This document shows, one piece after another, positions 16,650-21,367 of a stretch of DNA of 21,367 bases. Below the pieces are notes generated by a model. That model was not told the DNA's origin. It saw only the letters and a list, made by a program, of their open reading frames with translations, and searched no databases. Position 1 is the stretch's first letter, and each line of letters begins with the position of its first letter. The translations under genes and the position numbers were made by a program. The DNA comes from Phycisphaerales bacterium (GTDB taxonomy: Bacteria; Planctomycetota; Phycisphaerae; Phycisphaerales; UBA1924). Location of the stretch: positions 1 to 21,367 of the forward strand of contig JAJDDA010000248.1 of the NCBI GenBank assembly GCA_029260535.1, written 5' to 3'.

Positions 16650-19600
16650 ATGACCAACGCATACCAATGCCCATCATCCGAAGGCAACGAGCCGGAGCGC
16701 ACCGAAGGCAACACCACCGGTCGCAAGTACTGGTCAAGCCTCGATGAGCTGGCGCAAACCAAAGAGTTCCAGGACTTCGCGCAGCGCGAGTTTCCGGCCT
16801 TCGCCTCCGAGATGCTCGGCTCAAGCCGCCGCACGTTCCTGAAACTGATGGGCGCCAGCATCGCGCTCGCAGGCGCAGCGGGAACAGTCACCGGCTGCCG
16901 CAGACCGGATCACCGAATCCTCGCCTACAGCAAGGACCCCGAGCACGTGATCCCCGGTCGCCCGCTCTACATCGCCAGCGCCATGCCGCTGCCCGGCGGC
17001 GGCTGCGAAGGCGTCCTCGTCGAAACGCACACCGGTCGCCCCACCAAGATCGAGGGCAACCCGCTCCACCCGATCAACCAGGGCGCCACAAGCGTCCGCG
17101 CCCAGGCCTCCGTCCTCAACCTCTACGACCCGGACCGCGTCCCTGGTGTGACCCGCAAGAGCGAAACGATTAACGAAGAAGACGGCTTCCCCGAACGGAT
17201 CGAATCCTCATGGGAGGAGTTCGATCAGTACTCCACCAGAGCCATCGGCAGGTACGACGCCAACCACCTCAACGGCGCCGGCCTCTTCTTCCTCGTCAAC
17301 AAGGCCTCGAGCCCGACCCGCGACGCCCTCCGATCGCAGATCCTCGCCCGCTGGCCGCAAGCCAGCTGGCTTCCCTACGAAGCCGTCGACGATGAATCAG
17401 GACGCGACGGCTCGCAGATCGCCTACGGCGCCCCGCAGTCGCGCACGTTCAACCTCGACAAGGCCAAGGTCATCGTCACGCTCGGCGCCGACATCCTCGG
17501 CATCGACGGCTCCATCGCAGACACCCGCGGTTTCGCCGCAGGCCGCCGCGTCGATGAGCAAGACCATCTCTCGATGAACCGGCTCTACGCCATCGAGTCG
17601 GACATGACCCTCACCGGCGCCGCCGCGGATCACCGCCTCCGCGCCAAACCCAGCGAGGTCGAACGGCTCACCCTCAGGCTCTGCGCCGAAACACTCCGCC
17701 AAGCCGGCGCTGGTGATCAACTCGCCTCCGCTGCCGACCGCAAGGCCGAAGGCGACCTCTACGGTGGCGACGCCCACCGCAACGAGCTCGCACTCGAGTG
17801 GATCACCGAATCCGCCAAAGACCTCGTCGCCGCGCATGGCGACGCCGTCATCATCGGTGGCCCCGGCCTGAGCGCCCACGCAAGAGCGATCATCGACGCG
17901 ACCAACAACGCGATCGGCGCCGTCGGCAACACCGTCACCCTCACCGAAATGACCGGCGATGAACGCGAGTCCTCGCTCCGTTCCATCACCAGGCTCGCCG
18001 CAGCGATCCAGGCCGGTGAGGTCTCAACGCTCATCGTCATCGGCGCCAACCCCGTCTACGACGCACCAGCAGATCTCGGCTTCGCCGCTCTCTTCAACCA
18101 GGTCCCCGTCACGATCGCTCTCAACGAGAACGACAACGAGACCAGCGTCCAGTCCAGCTGGGCCTGCAACCGCGCCCACTACCTCGAGGGATGGAGCGAC
18201 GCCAGGTCAGCCGACGGCACGATGACCGTCATCCAGCCGATGATCGAGCCGCTCTTTGACGGGCGATCCGATATCGAGTTCCTCGGCAAGCTTTCGCTGC
18301 CCCGCACCGAGCGCGAGACCCCCATCGACGGTTACGAACTCGTCAGGTCCACATGGTTGGAAGGCCCCCTCGCATCCGCTTCCGATTTCGAGAAAGCATG
18401 GAGCCGCGCCCTGCACGACGGCGTCATCGCGAGCGCCGCCGCAACCGCGAACCCCCGAATCAACCTCGGCGCCATCGTCCAGGAGTGCAACGCCTCGACC
18501 GCATCGCCCTCGGCCGACCTCGAAGTCGTCTTCAGGCCCTGCGCCAAAGTCTTCGACGGCTCTGGCGCCAACAACGGCTGGCTCCAGGAACTCCCCGATC
18601 CCATGTCGAAGATCACCTGGGACAACCCCGCACTGATCAGCCCGACCACCGCACACGACCTCGGCATCCGCGACCTTCAGAAGGGCCTCAAAGCCCACTC
18701 CGGACAGGTCGTTTCGATCACCATCGACGGACGCACCGCCGAGGTCCCCGTCTGGATCTCCCCCGGTGTCGCCGATGGGACGATCGTCCTCACCCTCGGT
18801 TACGGCAGGACCCGCGCCGGTCGCATCGGTGACAACGTCGGCTTCGACGTCTACCCGCTCCGCGCCACCGACACGATGCGCAGCGCCGCAGCGACACTCG
18901 CAACAACCAACGGCTCGCACGAGATCGCCTGCGTCCAGGACCACTGGTCGCTCGAAGGCCGGACGTACTACCGCGAGGCCGACCTCGCCGTTTACGAAGA
19001 GCGTCACGAAGAGGTCATCGAAGACGAGGACGCCTATGGCAGGCACAGAAAACTCAACTTCGCCAAACGACTCGGCGAAGAGACGCACGTCCCCACAAAC
19101 GAAACCATCTTCGAACCCGGTCAGCGCCACCACTACGACAAGGGGCCGCAGTGGGGGATGGCGATCGACATGAACTCCTGCACCGGCTGCGCCGCGTGCA
19201 CGATCGCCTGCCAGGCGGAGAACAACATCCCCGTCGTCGGCAAGAGCCAGGTCCTCAACGGCCGCGAGATGCACTGGATCCGCGTCGACCGCTACTACGC
19301 CGACAAGCCGTTCACCGGTGCAGAGCACGGCGGCGCAGGCTCCACCGGGATGGGCGACGTCGACGTCGCGATCCAGCCGGTCCCCTGCATGCACTGCGAG
19401 AACGCACCGTGCGAGAGCGTCTGCCCCGTCAACGCAACCTCGCACGGGCCTTCCGGCACCAACGACATGGCGTACAACCGCTGCATTGGTACGCGGTACT
19501 GCGGTAACAACTGCCCGTACAAGGTCCGCCGGTTCAACTTCTTCGATTACGCGACCAAGCGACTCAACGGCGACTACGTCGGCAAGGAAGTCCTCGGAGG

Positions 19601-20240
19601 CATCGTCAAGGAAGGGCATCTGATCCCGCCGAGGCTCCGCGAGAAAGTCGAAGAGGACGCCGGCGCGATCCAGGTCATGCAGTTCAACCCCGACGTCACC
19701 GTCCGAAGCCGCGGCGTCATGGAAAAATGCACCTACTGCATCCAGCGCGTCAACTGGGCACGCACCGAAGCCAAGCTCGACGGTGTCTGGGGTGAAGACG
19801 AGAACGAACCCGCGATGCCCGACGGCTACGTCAAGACCGCATGCCAGCAGGTCTGCGCCGCCAACGCGATCGTCTTCGGCGATATCCTCGATCCCAACAG
19901 CGCCGTCTCCAAAGCGAAGGCCGGCGCCCGCGACTACGGGATGCTCGAATACCTCAACGTCATCCCCAGAACCACCCACCAGATCCGACTCCGCAACCCC
20001 AACCCCGCGATCACCCGCCACGCGGTGCATGACCCGTTCGAGCACCACGGCGGCGGTCACGACGATGGGCACTCCGGTGGATCCCACGAACCCGAACCGC
20101 ACGACGAGGGCCACGTCATGAGCCTGCCCCTCTTCGGCGAGAACCCCACCGGCGCCATCGCTGGCAAGCCGGTCGAACTTATCCAACGCATCGAAACCGG
20201 GATTGAAACCATGATCACCAGTGTCGGAGGCTCCGCATGA
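16650..20240 (+). CDS. actB: Alternative Complex III subunit ActB (Tat-exported molybdopterin-oxidoreductase-like domain fused to a 4Fe-4S ferredoxin-like domain)
   Basis: 1196 aa. Twin-arginine signal [21 protein letters not shown] large complex-iron-sulfur-molybdoenzyme-like domain without an N-terminal Cys cluster, consistent with the cofactor-less B1 domain. C-terminal PsrB/DmsB-like Cys clusters ([43 protein letters not shown]). A His-rich tail precedes the stop. Confidence 0.9.
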   Translation: MTNAYQCPSSEGNEPERTEGNTTGRKYWSSLDELAQTKEFQDFAQREFPAFASEMLGSSRRTFLKLMGASIALAGAAGTVTGCRRPDHRILAYSKDPEHVIPGRPLYIASAMPLPGGGCEGVLVETHTGRPTKIEGNPLHPINQGATSVRAQASVLNLYDPDRVPGVTRKSETINEEDGFPERIESSWEEFDQYSTRAIGRYDANHLNGAGLFFLVNKASSPTRDALRSQILARWPQASWLPYEAVDDESGRDGSQIAYGAPQSRTFNLDKAKVIVTLGADILGIDGSIADTRGFAAGRRVDEQDHLSMNRLYAIESDMTLTGAAADHRLRAKPSEVERLTLRLCAETLRQAGAGDQLASAADRKAEGDLYGGDAHRNELALEWITESAKDLVAAHGDAVIIGGPGLSAHARAIIDATNNAIGAVGNTVTLTEMTGDERESSLRSITRLAAAIQAGEVSTLIVIGANPVYDAPADLGFAALFNQVPVTIALNENDNETSVQSSWACNRAHYLEGWSDARSADGTMTVIQPMIEPLFDGRSDIEFLGKLSLPRTERETPIDGYELVRSTWLEGPLASASDFEKAWSRALHDGVIASAAATANPRINLGAIVQECNASTASPSADLEVVFRPCAKVFDGSGANNGWLQELPDPMSKITWDNPALISPTTAHDLGIRDLQKGLKAHSGQVVSITIDGRTAEVPVWISPGVADGTIVLTLGYGRTRAGRIGDNVGFDVYPLRATDTMRSAAATLATTNGSHEIACVQDHWSLEGRTYYREADLAVYEERHEEVIEDEDAYGRHRKLNFAKRLGEETHVPTNETIFEPGQRHHYDKGPQWGMAIDMNSCTGCAACTIACQAENNIPVVGKSQVLNGREMHWIRVDRYYADKPFTGAEHGGAGSTGMGDVDVAIQPVPCMHCENAPCESVCPVNATSHGPSGTNDMAYNRCIGTRYCGNNCPYKVRRFNFFDYATKRLNGDYVGKEVLGGIVKEGHLIPPRLREKVEEDAGAIQVMQFNPDVTVRSRGVMEKCTYCIQRVNWARTEAKLDGVWGEDENEPAMPDGYVKTACQQVCAANAIVFGDILDPNSAVSKAKAGARDYGMLEYLNVIPRTTHQIRLRNPNPAITRHAVHDPFEHHGGGHDDGHSGGSHEPEPHDEGHVMSLPLFGENPTGAIAGKPVELIQRIETGIETMITSVGGSA

Positions 20241-21367
20241 GCGCCGCGAATCCCCCTGACGAGACGATGGCAATGCTCCGCGCCGGGCTGGGAGGGTCAA
20301 ACGACCCAGGCCTCGGCGACGGGACACTCGTCGATGACCCCGCCGTTCGCGCGCCGCTGGTCATCGGCAAGTCCTCGGAGTCGTTCCACGCCGTCACCGA
20401 AACAGTCTGCGGCTGGGCCGAGTCCAAGCCGCCGCTGATCTGGTACCCGCTCTTCGCCGTCGCCTCATCGCTCGCCGGTGTCGCAACGCTGATGATCCTC
20501 TACCTGATCGTCACCGGCGTCGGCGTCTGGGGCCTCAACAACCCCGTCGATTGGGGCTGGGCCATCGTCAACTTCGTGTGGTGGGTCGGTATCGGTCACG
20601 CCGGCACGCTGATCTCAGCGATCCTCTGCATCCTCAAGCAGAACTGGCGAACGAGCATCAACCGCTTCGCAGAAGCGATGACCATCTTCGCGGTTATCTG
20701 CGCAGGCACCTTCCCGGGAATCCACGTCGGGCGCGTCTGGTTCGCCTGGTTCCTCTTCCCGATCCCCAACTCCAACGGCATCTGGCAGAACTTCCGTTCG
20801 CCGCTCCTCTGGGACGTCTTCGCCGTCGGCACCTACTTCACCGTCTCGCTCCTCTTCTGGTACATGGGCATGATCCCCGACTTCGCGACACTCCGCGACC
20901 GAGCGATCACACGCCTGGGTGACAAAGAGAAGTTCGGGTTCATCACGCTCCCCGTCGGCAAGATCGCCGCCTTCGGCTACGGCATCCTCGCCGTCGGCTG
21001 GACGATGAGCTTCCGCGGCTGGTGGAACTACGAGAAGGCGTACATCCTCCTCGCAGGTCTCGCGACGCCGCTCGTGCTCAGCGTGCACTCGATCGTGTCC
21101 TTTGACTTCGCGGTCGCCAATATTCCTGGCTGGCACACGACCATCTTCCCGCCGTACTTCGTCGCGGGCGCCGTCTTCTCCGGGTTCGCGATGGTGCTGA
21201 CCCTGCTGATACCGGCGCGGAGCATCTACCCAGGGATGCGCGACTTCGTGACCGATCGAACGATCGAGAACATGTGCAAGATCATCACGGTGACCGGCAC
21301 CATGGTCGGTTTCGCGTATGGGATGGAGTTCTTCATCGCCTGGTACAGCGCCAGTTACTACGAGCAG
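20237..21367 (+). CDS. actC: Alternative Complex III membrane subunit ActC (NrfD/PsrC-like polysulfide-reductase family); C-terminus beyond the window
   Basis: The ATG at 20237 overlaps the actB stop (ATGA), with GGAGG 6 nt upstream. The open frame reads MSAANPPDE...[65 protein letters not shown]..., with multiple TM helices and the NrfD-family pattern. It is open to the window end and therefore absent from the ORF track. Confidence 0.85.
   Translation, partial: MSAANPPDETMAMLRAGLGGSNDPGLGDGTLVDDPAVRAPLVIGKSSESFHAVTETVCGWAESKPPLIWYPLFAVASSLAGVATLMILYLIVTGVGVWGLNNPVDWGWAIVNFVWWVGIGHAGTLISAILCILKQNWRTSINRFAEAMTIFAVICAGTFPGIHVGRVWFAWFLFPIPNSNGIWQNFRSPLLWDVFAVGTYFTVSLLFWYMGMIPDFATLRDRAITRLGDKEKFGFITLPVGKIAAFGYGILAVGWTMSFRGWWNYEKAYILLAGLATPLVLSVHSIVSFDFAVANIPGWHTTIFPPYFVAGAVFSGFAMVLTLLIPARSIYPGMRDFVTDRTIENMCKIITVTGTMVGFAYGMEFFIAWYSASYYEQ

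Noticed and set aside
18207-20327. 706-aa ORF on the minus strand, antisense to actB
   Set aside because: Gly/Asp/Val/Arg-rich with no domain signature, typical of antisense frames in high-GC DNA. The plus-strand frame has unmistakable Tat signal and FeS-cluster motifs.
1-21367. CRISPR arrays, IS/transposase genes, integrases, rRNA
   Set aside because: No short direct-repeat/spacer periodicity, no terminal inverted repeats bracketing a transposase-like ORF, and no rRNA-like conserved stretches were seen.

Overview
High-GC (~65%) bacterial chromosomal window, most likely from a Planctomycetota-like organism. That guess rests on several secreted proteins with dockerin-type Ca-binding repeats, lysine-rich 'AKKK' tails on DNA enzymes and an Alternative Complex III operon; it is inference, not a database result. 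Gene content, left to right:
- minus strand: a hydantoinase/dihydropyrimidinase N-terminal fragment, a BtpA-family TIM-barrel protein, and a receiver+ANTAR antitermination regulator that appears to lack the phospho-acceptor Asp;
- minus strand: a DNA topoisomerase VI operon (top6B then top6A), both subunits carrying histone-H1-like lysine-rich tails;
- a cluster of three secreted dockerin-module proteins, one with Kelch-like propeller repeats, flanking a flotillin/SPFH gene that has a textbook intrinsic terminator;
- nucleoside-diphosphate kinase, a DoxX membrane protein and heme A synthase (CtaA/COX15);
- divergent from ctaA, the start of an Alternative Complex III operon: actA (pentaheme cytochrome c), actB (Tat-exported molybdopterin-like/FeS fusion, 1196 aa) and actC (NrfD-like, truncated at the window end).
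No rRNA, tRNA, CRISPR array or mobile element is evident. The most notable items are the bacterial topoisomerase VI operon, the pseudo-receiver ANTAR regulator next to an unusually long 460-bp non-coding leader, and the ACIII/heme A synthase pairing.
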